This document shows, piece by piece, positions 41,581-52,641 of a stretch of DNA of 64,000 nucleotides. The notes under the pieces were generated by a model. That model ran no database searches. It was not told where the DNA came from and saw only the letters and a program-made list of their open reading frames with translations. This stretch comes from an uncultured Actinomycetes bacterium. Its GTDB lineage: Bacteria > Actinomycetota > Acidimicrobiia > IMCC26256 > PALSA-610. Within the stretch, counting starts at the first letter, position 1; each line of letters begins with the position of its first letter. The DNA is taken from NCBI GenBank assembly GCA_963745645.1, contig CAVUYD010000004.1:767031-831030 (forward strand). The letters are read 5' to 3'. Position numbers and translations under genes: made by a program.

Positions 41581-41976
41581 ATGTGGGGGGTATCGCTCGT
41601 GGACATCTACATGCGCGAGCCGCGTGGTCTCCGGCGCGTCAAGCGCCAGCGCGCGGGCGCCACCGGATTGATCGTCCATGGTTGGTACAACCCGTTTCGC
41701 GGCTGGGCGTCTGCGTTCGGATGGAACGCGATCACCGTGCGCGTCGACGGCATCCCGCGCGGACGGCTCTATCAGATTCTCCCGGGACCCGCGTGGTACC
41801 CGCTCGAATCCGGCGTGCACTACGTCGAGTTCCTCGGTGCCGACCGTCCGCTGCACTCGGAGTGGATCAAGCTCGGGCGCGGCGAAGCGGTGATGATCGC
41901 CTTCAAGCCCAGCGAACGCGTCCCGTTCCGCCGCACCGTCACGCCCGACCAATGGTCGATCCGGCAGCTCTGGTGA
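41581..41976 (+). CDS. hypothetical protein
   Basis: Intact ORF of 131 aa with ATG 41581 preceded by ggggag. The composition is not Arg/Pro-skewed (GWYNPFRGWASAFGWNAITVRVDGIPRGRLYQILPGPAWYPLESGVHYVEFLG). I recognise no domain. Confidence 0.45.
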   Translation: MWGVSLVDIYMREPRGLRRVKRQRAGATGLIVHGWYNPFRGWASAFGWNAITVRVDGIPRGRLYQILPGPAWYPLESGVHYVEFLGADRPLHSEWIKLGRGEAVMIAFKPSERVPFRRTVTPDQWSIRQLW

Positions 41977-41998
41977 GGCAGCTCATGTGGGTTCGGGG

Positions 41999-43039
41999 TC
42001 ACGCGCGTTCGTCGGCGAAGGCGCGCAGTACGGCGACGACGTTGCGGCCCAGCACGTCGAGCGCGTAGCCGCCTTCTTGCAGGAACACCGTCGGTGCGGC
42101 GGCACGCGCGATCGCGGTGCCGATGCGGGGGTAGTCGTCGACGACGAGTTGGAAGCTGTCCGGGTCCTCGGCCGCGGTGTCGACGCCGAGCGAAACGACG
42201 AGACCGTCCGGCGAGAACTTCGTGATGACGTCCATCGCGCTTTCGAGCGCCGGCGCATAGGCACTCCACGCGGTTCCCGGCGGGAGCGGATAGTTGCGGT
42301 TGTAGCCCTCGCCCGCGCCCCACCCCTTCTCCGACGCGTTCCCGAGGAAGTACGGGTAGTCGTCCACCGGATCGGCGTGCAGCGACACGAACAGCACGTC
42401 GTCGCGGTCGTAGAACAACTGCTGCGTGCCGTTGCCGTGGTGGAAGTCGACGTCGAGGATCGCGACGCGCGCGCCCCGATCGACCCATGCCTGCGCGGCG
42501 ATCGCGGCGTTGTTCAGGTAGCAGTAGCCCGCGAACGAGTCCGCGGCCGCGTGGTGTCCGGGCGGCCGGCACAACCCGTACGCGGTGGACTCGCCCTCCT
42601 CTGCGACCGCCCGCAGTGCGCTCGAGCGCGACGTCGACGGCCGCGGTCGCGGCTTCCCAGGTGCCGTCGAGGATCGGGTCCGAGTCGTGCGAGAACCAAC
42701 CGAGCTCGGAGATGACGTGGGGCGCGTCCTCGTGCGGCTGGTCGCGGATCGGGCGCGCGTAGGGCACTGCCTCCGCGGACCGGGGGCTCCCGGTCGCTGC
42801 GCACCAGCGTGCGTGCGCGGTCTCGAGGAACTCGACGTATTCGGTGGTGTGCACCCGTAGCACCGGTTCCGGTCCGAACTCGTCGGGTTCGCGGATCTCG
42901 CCGAGACCGGCGTCCACGATCGCGGCCCGGATGCGCTCGGCCCGCTCCGGGACCTCCGGCGGCGGCACCAGCCGGCCGCCGTCGTGGATCGGCTCGTGCG
43001 GATGGTGCCGGCGGTGCGCGTCGGTTGCGATCGTGAGCA
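41999..43039 (-). pseudogene. histone deacetylase-family enzyme (acetylpolyamine/acetoin-type amidohydrolase), one frame change near 42590
   Basis: ORF 41999..42574 has CRPPGHHAAADSFAGYCYLNN and ILDVDFHHGNGTQ. The N-terminal VLTIATDAHRRHHPHEPIHDGGRLVPPPEVPERAERIRAA...VHTTEYVEFLE is in ORF 41820..43193 from GTG 43039. Confidence 0.8.
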
Positions 43040-43113
43040 CGCTGTCTTCGTAGCAGCTTCCGCACCGTCGCGGGCGCGCTCGTCGACCGGCTCGTCGGTA
43101 CGCTCGCCCGTCT

Positions 43114-43800
43114 GTGACCACCTCTCCGGCGGTGCGGCTGTTCACGATCGACCTCGACCAGCCTGACGCCGTCGTGACCGCGCTCGCCGGCACGCTCGAC
43201 GAACACGAACGGCTCGCGGCCGCGGCGCGCGCGGCGGGGTCGTCGCGCCGCCGCTACGTCGTCGCGCACGGTGCGGTGCGCGAGCTCTTGGGCGCAGCCC
43301 TCGGACGCGATCCGGCCGCGGTCCGACTCGACCGGACGTGCCGGCATTGCGGTGATCCGGGGCACGGCAAGCCCGCGGTCGTGCACGCGGATGAGTGCTC
43401 GTTCAGCCTGTCGCACTCGGGCGGCATCGCCGTCGTCGCGATCGCGATCGACCGGGGTGCAGTCGGGGTCGACGTCGAGTGGCGGCGTGACCGCCGCCAC
43501 CTCGACCGGCTCGCGGCGCGCGTCTTCGCACCGGACGAGCTCGTCGAGTGGCGCGCGCGACCGCCCGCGGCGCGGCTCGATGCGTTCCTCCGGGCCTGGA
43601 CGATCAAGGAAGCCTTCGGCAAGGCGACCGGCCACGGGTTGGTGCGTCCTCGTTCCGGGCCGGTGTCCGCCGAGGGTTGGGTGCTCACCAACCTGGCGCC
43701 GACACCCGAGTCGGTCGTCGGCCTCGCGGTCGAAGGCGCGGGCGACGCCGATCCGGTCGCGACCTGGGTCCCCGCGGAGCAGGGTTACCCTGGGCGGCGC
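43114..43800 (+). CDS. Sfp-type 4'-phosphopantetheinyl transferase (stop not seen; runs in frame into the next small ORF)
   Basis: First 229 codons or so of ORF 43114..44055: GKPAVV...CSFSLSHSGGIAVVAIA...VGVDVEW...FLRAWTIKEAFGKATG. Confidence 0.7.
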
Positions 43801-44055
43801 ATGGTGAACGACGACGACGAAGACGCGTCGACCGAGAAGCGCGGCATCCACAAGTTCAAGGAGACCGCAACCGGCACCGTGCTCGCCGCCGGTCTCCTCG
43901 GCGTCGCGAACGCGCTCGAGGGCCCGCGCGACGAAGAGGTCGCGATCGTCCAGGAGTACTCGGGGGAACCGCCGTTCTCCGATCCGATCCTGATGCGGCT
44001 CGATCCCGACGCACCGGAGGACTCGATCGTCCTCGTCCGGCGCCCGCCGCGGTAG
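43801..44055 (+). CDS. possible small acidic protein (84 aa)
   Basis: ATG 43801 lies in frame within ORF 43114..44055: MVNDDDEDASTEKRGIHKFKETATGTVLAAGLLGVANALEGPRDEEVAIVQEYSGEPPFSDPILMRLDPDAPEDSIVLVRRPPR. This is unrelated to the PPTase fold. Whether it is a separate gene is uncertain. Confidence 0.35.
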   Translation: MVNDDDEDASTEKRGIHKFKETATGTVLAAGLLGVANALEGPRDEEVAIVQEYSGEPPFSDPILMRLDPDAPEDSIVLVRRPPR

Positions 44056-44080
44056 AGGTCCCGGGGCCTCGAGCGCGGCG

Positions 44081-45173
44081 TCAGCACTTCGCGCGCCACT
44101 GTGTAGCGACGCAACATCTCCGGCCGCGGCGTCACGCCGATGCCGGGGCCGGCGGGCACCGCGAGCTGGCCGCCGTCGAGCACGAACGGTTCGGTGAGGT
44201 CCTCGGCGAAGTACCGGTCGGATGCCGACAGGTCTCCGGCCTCGGTGAAGCCCGGCAGTGACACGAGCGCGATGTTCACGGCGCGGCCGACGCCGGTCTC
44301 GAGCATGCCGCCGATCACCGCGGGAACGCCGGCGACGACGCAGAGGTCGTGGACCGTCCGCGCGACGTCCACTCCGCCGACGCGGCCGGGCTTGATGTTG
44401 ACCATGTCGCACGCCTGCCACACGATCGCGTCCATCGCGGCGCCCGTACCGGTGATGCTCTCGTCGAGGCACACGCGGGTCTGCAGCCCGCACGCGAGTG
44501 CGGCGTGATCGCGCAGCGAATCGGGTGAGAACGGCTGCTCGATGCACTGGAGGCCGAACTCGTCGAGCGCGGTGAGCGCATCCGACTGCGTGAGGTCGTA
44601 CGCGCCGTTCGCGTCGACGGCGAGCGTGATCGCGTCTCCGACTTCCGCCCGGACCGCGGCGACGACCGCGTGGTCGGCACCGGGCTCGATCTTGCACTTG
44701 AGCCGGCGGTAGCCGGCCGCGACGTATGCGGCCGCGAGCTCGCGCAGCTCGCGTGCGTCGGTGGTGATGCCGATCGCGACACCCGCCGGGACTCGGGTCC
44801 GGAGCGCACCGACGCGGGTGGGCGCGAGCCACGATCGGAACGACTCGCCCGACGCCCGCAGCCGCGCGTCCAGGCACGCCGTCTCCACCGCGTACTTGGC
44901 GAAGTGGTTGCCTCGCACGTCGGTGAAGTCGCGCCCCGCGAACACGCGCGGCGCCAGGTGGTCGCGGATGACGACTCGGGCGCCGTCGAGCGTCTCACCC
45001 GAGTACGCCGGTGTCGTCTCGGCCGCGCACTCACCCCAACCGGCGCCGTCGTCGGTGACCGCCCGCACGAGCAACGCGTCCTTGTGCGTCGTCGTGCTCC
45101 GCGCCGTCCGGAACGCACGAACGAGCGGGAGCCGGACGCGATGCAGCTCGAGCGCGCGAACGGGCCCGGGCAT
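44081..45173 (-). pseudogene. enolase-superfamily o-succinylbenzoate synthase / N-acylamino-acid racemase-like enzyme (stop only reachable by a frame shift)
   Basis: ORF 43785..45200 from ATG 45173: MPGPVRALELHRVRLPLVRAFRTA...RLKCKIEPG...LAVDANGAY...CIEQPF...CLDESI...MVNIKPGRVGG. The family-length end, RRYTVAREV, is followed by an out-of-frame TGA at 44083-44081. The in-frame tail beyond that is antisense junk. Confidence 0.75.
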
Positions 45174-45207
45174 CTCGGCCCGGGCCCGTTCCTCGCGCAC
45201 TTCGAGT

Positions 45208-45609
45208 TCAGCGACGCTTGGCGGTCTTCTTGGCCGGCGCCTTCTTGGCCGGGGCCTTCTTCGCGACTGCCTTCTTGGCGGGCGCCTTCTTGGCCGGGGC
45301 CTTCTTCGCGGTGCTCTTGCGCGCGGGCGCCTTGCCCGACAACACCGCGTCCTTGAACCCCTTGAGCGGGGTGATGCGCGCGACGCGCTTCGCCGCGACC
45401 TTCACCTGTTCGCCCGTCGCTGGGTTCCGAGCCATACGGGCCGGGCGGTCGATCCGCCGGAACTTCGCGAAGCCGGAGATCGCGACGTCCTCTCCTCGCG
45501 CCACGGTTTCCGTGATGAGCTCGAGGAGCGACGACAACGCCGCGTCGGCTTCCTTGCGGCTCACGTCGATGCGTTCGGCGAACGCGTTGAGCAGCTGGCT
45601 TCGATTCAC
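45208..45609 (-). CDS. hupB: HU-family nucleoid protein with Lys/Ala-rich PAKKA-repeat tail
   Basis: GTG 45609 (ggagg upstream): VNRSQLLNAFAERIDVSRKEADAALSSLLELITETVARGEDVAISGFAKFRRIDRPARMARNPATGEQVKVAAKRVARITPLKGFKDAV, then KSTAKKAPAKKAPAKKAVAKKAPAKKAPAKKTAKRR (tail of ORF 45208..46851). Confidence 0.9.
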   Translation of the reverse strand: MNRSQLLNAFAERIDVSRKEADAALSSLLELITETVARGEDVAISGFAKFRRIDRPARMARNPATGEQVKVAAKRVARITPLKGFKDAVLSGKAPARKSTAKKAPAKKAPAKKAVAKKAPAKKAPAKKTAKRR

Positions 45610-45710
45610 AGGGCCTCCATACAAGCGGCGTGCGGAATTGCGCCCGCATGCTTGCACTTCCGCGGGCCGGATGCGCGGATTCTGCCGGAAAAACCTGAGG
45701 TTTTTCGTGA

Positions 45711-47416
45711 TCAGGACGGGTCGATCATCGGCTCGAGGAAGCCGGGGTCCATCGACCAGCCCGCCTTGCCCTGCCGTTTGGCCTGGTACATCGCGACATC
45801 CGCGCGGCGCACGAGGTCGCCGGGGTCGGCCCGGTCGGCGGGGGCGACGGCGATGCCGATGCTGGTCGAGATCGAGATCGTCCGGTCCTCGAAGACGAAC
45901 GGTTCGCGCAGGACCTCGCAGATCCGGTCGGCGACCTCGTAGGCCGGCACCGGGCTCAACAGGCGCGTGAGCATGATCGTGAACTCGTCGCCACCCATGC
46001 GCGCGACGAGGTCGCCGAAGCGGGCGCAATTGCCGAGCCGGGCCGCGACCGCGGCCAAGAGCTGGTTGCCGACGGAGTGGCCGTGCACGTCGTTGACCTG
46101 CTTGAGCCCGTCGAGGTCGAGGAAGAGGACCGCCACCAGCTCGCCGGGCCGGCCCTTGCCGCAGACGCGCTCGAGCCGCTCGTGGAACCGGCGCGGGTTG
46201 GCGAGGCCGGTCAGACGCGTCGTGCGCCGCTTCGTGCGCGAGCTCGTCCTTCAGCACTTCCAGTTCCTGGTGCACCTGCGCGTTGCGCAGCGATGCGCCC
46301 GCTTGAGCTGCGCACAGCTCGAGGCCTTCGCACTGCGACGCGGGTGGCGCGCCGGGGTGGGGCCAGCGGGCGGTGAGCATCACCACGCCGGTCTTGGCGA
46401 TCGCGACGGGTACCGACACGAGCACGGGGTAGTCGGCCGGTGGTTTGTCCTCTGCGAGCAGGCCGCGGTTGGTGACCGGGTTCGACGGCGGTGGCCACAC
46501 CACCGGTCCGCCGGCATCGCGCGCGCGTGCCGCGGCGCGGATGCGGGGGTCGCCGGGAGGGATGCCGAGCACCCGGCGCGAGTAGCGGACGGGGCGGGCC
46601 ACGAGCCGGCTGCTCGACATCACTTCGATCTCGAACACCGCGGGGTCGGTGAAGCCCATCTGACCGACGGTGGTGCGCAGCGTGTCGAGCACCTCGTCCA
46701 CGTCGAGGCTCGTGCTCCGGCGGCCACCGAGCGCCGCGGCGCGGAGGAGCGCGTTGCGGCGCTCGGCTTCGTCGCGCTCACGGCGATACGCCGCGATCTC
46801 TTCGACCAGATGCGTGGCGAGCATTCCACTCGGTACCGCGACGAGGAACACGACCGCGAGGCGCTGTGCGACTTCGACGGTCGAAGAGCGCGCCGTGGTT
46901 GAGGACGTTCCACCCGATGTAGCCCACCGCGATCGCGGCCCAGCTCACGAGGGCGCCGACGGCCTGGAAGCGGATGGCGCCCTCCAGCACCGGCAGCATG
47001 AGGATCGCCCAGTCCGCGGAGTTCGGGTCGTCCTTGCCGAGCCACAGCACCATGAGCACGAGCGTGGTGTCCGCGATGAGCTGCACGGCATCGAGCAGGA
47101 CCGCCGTCCGCCCGGACCGGCCCTGCCCGGTGAGCGACACAAGGTTGACGGCGGCGAACGCCGACGCGATCGCGAGGAGCCACGGCCACGACAAGAGGTC
47201 GCGCGTCTCTGACATCGAGAACAGACGAATCGCAACCAGGACCGTCGCGATGACGCGCAACTTCCGCAGCGCGGCTTCGACCGAAGCCGGTGCGCCCGCC
47301 CTGGTTTTCGTCGCCTGCTCGGCGGCCCGGCGAGACCGGACCGGCCTCGACGCGGCGGCCTGGCTCAAATCCCCTCCCCGCGAGTTCCCGTGTACTTGGC
47401 GGTATCGGCGGCGCAT
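45711..47416 (-). pseudogene. membrane-bound diguanylate cyclase (TM region, GAF-like region, GGDEF), 2-3 frame changes
   Basis: GGDEF domain: ORF 45711..46136 (LFLDLDGLKQVNDVHGHSVGNQLL...ARMGGDEFT). The middle is in ORF 45208..46851 (LDVDEVLDTLRTTVGQMGF...LKDELAHEAAHDA). The TM helices are in ORF 46778..47521 (VIATVLVAIRLF, WLLAIASAFAAVNLV, LIADTTLVLMVLWL, ILMLPVLEGAIRFQ). The start is taken as ATG 47416. Confidence 0.75.
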
Positions 47417-47550
47417 GAGACCCTGTTGAGACGGTTCCGTTCGCGGTGCGTGAGTTTGTGCTGTTCCCGCAGGTCGCACACCGCGCGAAATCCGCAATCG
47501 CGCCGGACGATCGGCCTGCATCGCTTCCCCACGCGCCCCAACGGCACCCG

Positions 47551-48342
47551 ATGACCCATCTCGAGCACATCAGCGATCCCACGGACCGCCGCATCGCGGA
47601 CTACGTCGATCTGCGCGATCCCGAGCTCCGCCGCGGCGTGGAAGCGGCCGCCGGCTTCTTCGTGGCCGAGAGCCCGCACGTCATCGAGACCGTCGTGCGC
47701 TCGGGCCGGCGCCTCCGCTCGGCCCTGGTGACACCGAAGCAGCTCGCGGCCCTCGGGCCGCGGCTCGAACCGCTCGGGGTCCCGGTGTACGTGGCCGACC
47801 CCGCGGTGCTCCGCCGGGTCGTCGGCTTCGACCTGCACCGCGGCGCGGTCGCCGCCGTCGACCGTTGGCCGCTCCCGCCACTCGAGGCCGTGGTCGCCGG
47901 GGCCGCCCGGATCGCGGTGTGCGAACGGGTGAACGACCACGAGAACCTGGGCGTCCTGTTCCGCAACGCGGCCGCGTTCGGGCTCGACGCCGTCGTGCTC
48001 GACCCGGAGTCCGCCGACCCGTTGTACCGCCGGTGCGTGCGCGTGAGCATCGGCCACGTCTGCACGGTGCCGTGGACGCGGTACACCAGCCTCTCCGAAC
48101 TGCGCACCGCCGGGTTCACGTTGCTCGCCCTGACGCCGTCGGCGGACGCGATGCCGCTCGCCGAGGTGGAGTGGCCCGCACGCGCCGCAATCGTGCTCGG
48201 TGCCGAAGGGCCCGGCTTGTCCGACACCGCACTCGCGACCGCAGACGTGCGCGTGCGCATCCCGATGCGGCCCGATGTCGACTCTTTGAACGTCGCGACC
48301 GCTGCCGCGGTCGCCTTCTACGAATCGACGAGGCTCCAGTGA
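47551..48342 (+). CDS. TrmH/SpoU-family RNA 2'-O-methyltransferase
   Basis: ORF 47446..48342 from ATG 47551: MTHLEHISDPTDRRIADYVDLRD...VNDHENLGVLFRNAAAFG...IVLGAEGPGLS...IPMRPDVDSLNVATAAAVAFYE. The frame is intact. Confidence 0.8.
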   Translation: MTHLEHISDPTDRRIADYVDLRDPELRRGVEAAAGFFVAESPHVIETVVRSGRRLRSALVTPKQLAALGPRLEPLGVPVYVADPAVLRRVVGFDLHRGAVAAVDRWPLPPLEAVVAGAARIAVCERVNDHENLGVLFRNAAAFGLDAVVLDPESADPLYRRCVRVSIGHVCTVPWTRYTSLSELRTAGFTLLALTPSADAMPLAEVEWPARAAIVLGAEGPGLSDTALATADVRVRIPMRPDVDSLNVATAAAVAFYESTRLQ

Positions 48343-49094
48343 GCGATACCTACTCGAACGTGGACGCGGCCCGCGACATCGACGGGGCGGTCGCATGGCA
48401 GGACGCCATCGACACCTGGCCGCAGATCGCCGCATACAAGCGGCGCACGTACGAGCTGCTCCCGAGCGCGGGCGTCGTCCTCGATGTCGGGAGCGGCACC
48501 GGCCACGACCTGTTCGCGTCGCACCGCGCCTCGATCGGCGTCGATGCCTCGATGGCGATGTGCGCGACGGCACGCGGGCGCGGCGCCGACGTCGTGCGCG
48601 CTTCGGCGGGTGCTCTCCCCTTCGGTCGCAGTGCGTTCGCCGGGGCTCGTGCGGACCGGGTCTTCCAGCACCTCGCCGATCCGGGCGCGGCGCTCGACGA
48701 GATGATCCGCGTCGTCGAGCCGGGCGGCCGGGTCGTCGTCGCCGACCCGGACCAGGGATCGCTCGTGATCCACCTTCCCGGCGTCCGGCGGGAGCTCGTG
48801 GATCGGGTCCGCCGGTTGCGACGTGACGTCGGCTCTCGCAACGGCACGCTCGCGCGCGCATTGCCGGACCTGTTCGCCGCCTCGGATCTGCACAACGTCA
48901 CGGTCGAGGCGTTTCCGCTGGTGCTGACCGATGTCGACGCCGCCTTCGGCCTCCCCACGTGGATCGACTACTGGCGCGAGCACTTCGCCGACCCGGACGC
49001 CGCGGAGTGGACGCAAGGCGTCGAGCGGGCCCGTTCGCACGGCCGGTTCGTCTACGCCCTCCTGTACTTCGTGGTCGCCGGCACGAAGAAGTAA
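48339..49094 (+). CDS. class I SAM-dependent methyltransferase
   Basis: GTG 48339 overlaps the TrmH stop (GTGA). [16 protein letters not shown]...[13 protein letters not shown]...[14 protein letters not shown] (tail of ORF 47865..49094). The frame is intact. Confidence 0.75.
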   Translation: MSDTYSNVDAARDIDGAVAWQDAIDTWPQIAAYKRRTYELLPSAGVVLDVGSGTGHDLFASHRASIGVDASMAMCATARGRGADVVRASAGALPFGRSAFAGARADRVFQHLADPGAALDEMIRVVEPGGRVVVADPDQGSLVIHLPGVRRELVDRVRRLRRDVGSRNGTLARALPDLFAASDLHNVTVEAFPLVLTDVDAAFGLPTWIDYWREHFADPDAAEWTQGVERARSHGRFVYALLYFVVAGTKK

Positions 49095-49135
49095 CCCCGT
49101 CGCGGTTGTCGAGGCCGGGCTCCTCGGGTAGTCCG

Positions 49136-51515
49136 ATGGGGATGGATTCCCTGACCGACAAGCCCCTCTCCGACGACGAGCTCGCGCACCTCGATGCGCA
49201 CTGGCGGGCGGCGAACTACCTCGCGGTCGGCCAGATCTACCTGATGGCGAACCCGCTCCTGCGGGACCCGCTCGCGCCGGAGCACATCAAGCCGCGGCTG
49301 CTCGGGCACTGGGGCACGACGCCGGGCTTGAACATGCTCTACACGCACCTGAGCCGCTGCATCGCACGGGACGAGCTCGACATGATGTTCGTCATCGGTC
49401 CCGGCCACGGTGGGCCCGCGATCCACGCGAACTGCTGGCTCGAAGGCACGTACTCCGAGGTGTACCGCGACATCCCGCGCGACGAGCGCGGGATGGCCCG
49501 CTTGTTCCGGCAGTTCTCGTTCCCGGGTGGGGTGCCGAGTCACGTGGCGCCGGAGATCCCGGGTTCGATCCACGAAGGCGGCGAGCTCGGCTACTCGCTC
49601 ACGCATGCGTTCGGCGCCGCGTTCGACAACCCCGACCTCGTCGTCGCGTGTGTCGTGGGCGACGGCGAGGCCGAGACCGGTCCGCTCGCGACGAGCTGGC
49701 ACTCGAACAAGTTCCTCGATCCCGTGCGCGACGGCGCGGTGCTGCCGATCCTGCACCTCAACGGCTACAAGATCGCCAACCCCACCGTGCTCGCGCGCAT
49801 CAGCGAAGACGAGCTGACGCGGTTCTTCGAAGGACACGGGTGGACGCCCTACCTCGTGGCGGGCGACGACCCTGCGCTCGTCCACCAGCAGCTCGCGGCG
49901 ACGCTCGACCGCGCGCTCGGGGACATACGGCAGCTGCAACGCGCGGCACGTGACGCGGGTGACGGAACGCGCCCGCGCTGGCCGATGATCGTGTTGCGGA
50001 CGCCGAAGGGGTGGACCGGCCCCGCGTTCGTCGACGGCCTCCCCGTCGAAGGCACGTGGCGCGCGCACCAGGTGCCGCTCGCCGAGGTGCGCACCAACCC
50101 GGACCACCTCGCGATGCTCGAGGCGTGGATGCGCTCCTACCGCCCCGGCGAGCTGTTCGACGACGACGGTGCGCCGCAGCCGTTCGTCGTCGACTGGATG
50201 CCGAACGGCCCGCGCCGCATGTGCGCGAACCCGCACACGAACGGCGGCGTGCTGCTGCGCGACCTCGATCTCCCGGACTTCCGCGACTACGGCGTTGCGA
50301 TCGAGCGCAACGGGACGCCGGAGGCAGAAGCGACACGCTTGCTCGGCCGGTTCCTCCGTGACGTGTTCCGCGAGAACGAGCAATTCCAGAACTTCCGGCT
50401 GTTCGGCCCGGACGAGACCGCGTCCAACCGGCTCGACGCGGTGTACGAAGCGACCGACAAGGTGTGGCAGGCCGAGATCCTGCCGGTGGACGAGCACCTG
50501 GCGCGGGACGGCCGCGTCATGGAGATCCTCAGCGAGCACACGTGCGAAGGCTGGCTCGAGGGCTACCTGCTCACCGGCCGGCACGGCTTCTTCAGTTGCT
50601 ACGAAGCGTTCACGCACATCATCGATTCGATGTTCAACCAGCACGCGAAGTGGCTGGAGAACCGCGCGCAAGCTCGAGTGGCGCCGCAGCATCTCGTCGT
50701 TGAACTACCTGCTGACGTCGCACGTGTGGCGCCAGGACCACAACGGCTTCACACACCAGGACCCGGGTTTCCTCGACCTCGTCCTCAACAAGAAGGCGAG
50801 CGTCGTCCGCGTGTACCTACCGCCTGACGCGAACTGCCTGCTCTCGGTCGCGGACCATTGCCTGCGGACGCGCGACTACGTCAACGTCATCGTCGCCGGG
50901 AAGCAGCCGCAGCCGACGTGGTTGTCGATCGACGACGCCGTGCTCCACTGCACGCGTGGCCTCGGTATCTGGGACTGGGCGAGCGCGGACGGCACGCGTG
51001 AACCCGACGTCGTGATGGCGTGCGCGGGCGACGTGCCCACGCTCGAGACGCTCGCGGCGGTGAGCATGTTGCGCGAGCACCTCCCCGACCTCGCGGTACG
51101 AGTGGTCAACGTCGTCGACCTGATGCGCCTCCAGCCGGAGCGTGAGCATCCACACGGGCTCGACGACCGAGAGTTCGACACGATCTTCACGGCCGACAAA
51201 CCGATCATCTTCGCGTTCCACGGCTACCCGTACTTGATCCATCGCCTCACCTACCGGCGGCACGGCCACGACAACATGCACGTGCGCGGCTACATCGAGG
51301 AAGGCACGACCACCACGCCATTCGACATGGTGGTGATGAACGACCTCGACCGGTTCCACCTGGTGATGGACGTCATCGACCGCGTGCCGGGCCTCGGTGC
51401 GCGCGCGGCCGGTCTCCGGCAGCAGATGATCGACGTGCGCACCCGTCACCACAGCTACACGCGCGAGTTCGGTGAGGACCTGCCCGAAGTCCGCAACTGG
51501 ACCTGGCCCGGCTGA
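49136..51515 (+). pseudogene. xfp: xylulose-5-phosphate/fructose-6-phosphate phosphoketolase, one frame change near 50665
   Basis: ORF 48959..50827 from ATG 49136: [18 protein letters not shown]...[10 protein letters not shown]...GPGHGGPA...[10 protein letters not shown]...[17 protein letters not shown]...[26 protein letters not shown] 50169..51515 continues: [25 protein letters not shown]...[16 protein letters not shown]. Confidence 0.9.
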
Positions 51516-51597
51516 CAGGCTGCCAACGAAGGTTTTTGCGACATATGGCGACCGTTCCGGTCGCCGATCGTCGCCGAAACCGGTGAGCGGAGTGCGG

Positions 51598-52588
51598 ATG
51601 CGCATCTTGGTGGTGAACGCGGGGTCGAGCAGCCTCAAGCTGAGGGTGCTCGACGGGGACGACGTCGTGGCGCAGTCGGACGCAGACGACCTGGCCGCGT
51701 TCGTCGCGTCGGTCGACGGGATCGACGCGGTCGGGCACCGGGTCGTGCACGGCGGGACCGAGTTCACCGACGCGGCGATCATCGACGACGACGTGATGCA
51801 CCGGCTCGGCGCGCTCACGCCGCTCGCGCCGCTGCACCAGCCGCGCGCGCTCGCAGCTGATCCGCGATGCGCGCGACGTGCTGCCGGACATCCCGCACGT
51901 CGCCTGCTTCGACACCGCGTTCCACACGACGATGTCCGCCGCGGCCGCGACCTACGCGCTGCCCAAGGAGTGGCGCGACACGTGGCCGCTGCGGCGGTTC
52001 GGCTTCCACGGCCTCTCCCACGCGTACGCGTCGCGCACCGCCGCGGCCCGGCTCGGCCGCACGCCGGAGGACCTCGCGCTCGTCACCGCGCACCTCGGCG
52101 CGGGCGCGTCACTCTGCGCGGTGCGCGGCGGCAAGAGCGTCGACACGACGATGGGGATGACACCACTCGAGGGTCTGGTGATGGCGACGCGTGCCGGCAG
52201 CATCGATCCCGGCGTCGTGCTGTGGGTGCAGCAGTACGGCGGCCTCTCGCTCGGCCCGGTGCAGCACGCGCTCGAAGAGGAGTCGGGTCTCAAGGGGTTG
52301 GCCGGCACCGGCGACATGCGCGAGGTGCTGCACCGCCGGGCCGAAGGCGACGAAGGCGCCATGCTCGCGTTCGCCGTCTACATCCACCAGCTCCGGCGCG
52401 AGATCGGCGCGATGACCGCGAGCGCGGGCGGCCGCATCGATGCGATCGTGTTCACGGGTGGCGTCGGCGAGCACGCGCCGGACGTGCGCGACGCCGCCAC
52501 GGAAGATCTCCCCGTCGGAGAAGTCCTCGTCATCGAAGCCCGCGAAGACATCGAGATCGCGCGCGTCGTCTTCTCCACCATCTCTTAG
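51598..52588 (+). pseudogene. ackA: acetate kinase (short form), one frame change near 51860
   Basis: ATG 51598: MRILVVNAGSSSLKLRVL...AVGHRVVHGG...PLAPLHQP (ORF 51472..53025). ORF 51878..52588 continues: PHVACFDTAFHTTM...RRFGFHGLSHAY...HLGAGASLCAVRGGKSVDTTMGMTPLEGLVMATRAGSIDPG...VFTGGVGE...VLVIEAREDIEIARVV. Confidence 0.8.
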
Positions 52589-52590
52589 TC

Positions 52591-52619
52591 GTTCTGTGCA
52601 CCGCAGCGGTGCACAGAAC
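52591..52619. terminator. perfect 13-bp stem hairpin between convergent genes
   Basis: gttctgtgcaccg-cag-cggtgcacagaac starts 3 nt after the ackA stop and lies 22 nt from the stop of the convergent PPOX gene. No clear T-tract is present. Confidence 0.55.
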
Positions 52620-52641
52620 ACCAATCAGATGGTCGAGTTGT

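Noticed and set aside
45215-45330. Short tandem DNA repeats (gccttcttggccgg...) considered as a possible repeat array.
   Set aside because: They encode the PAKKA/AKKAPAKK low-complexity tail of HupB on the minus strand. There is no spacer structure, so this is not a CRISPR array.
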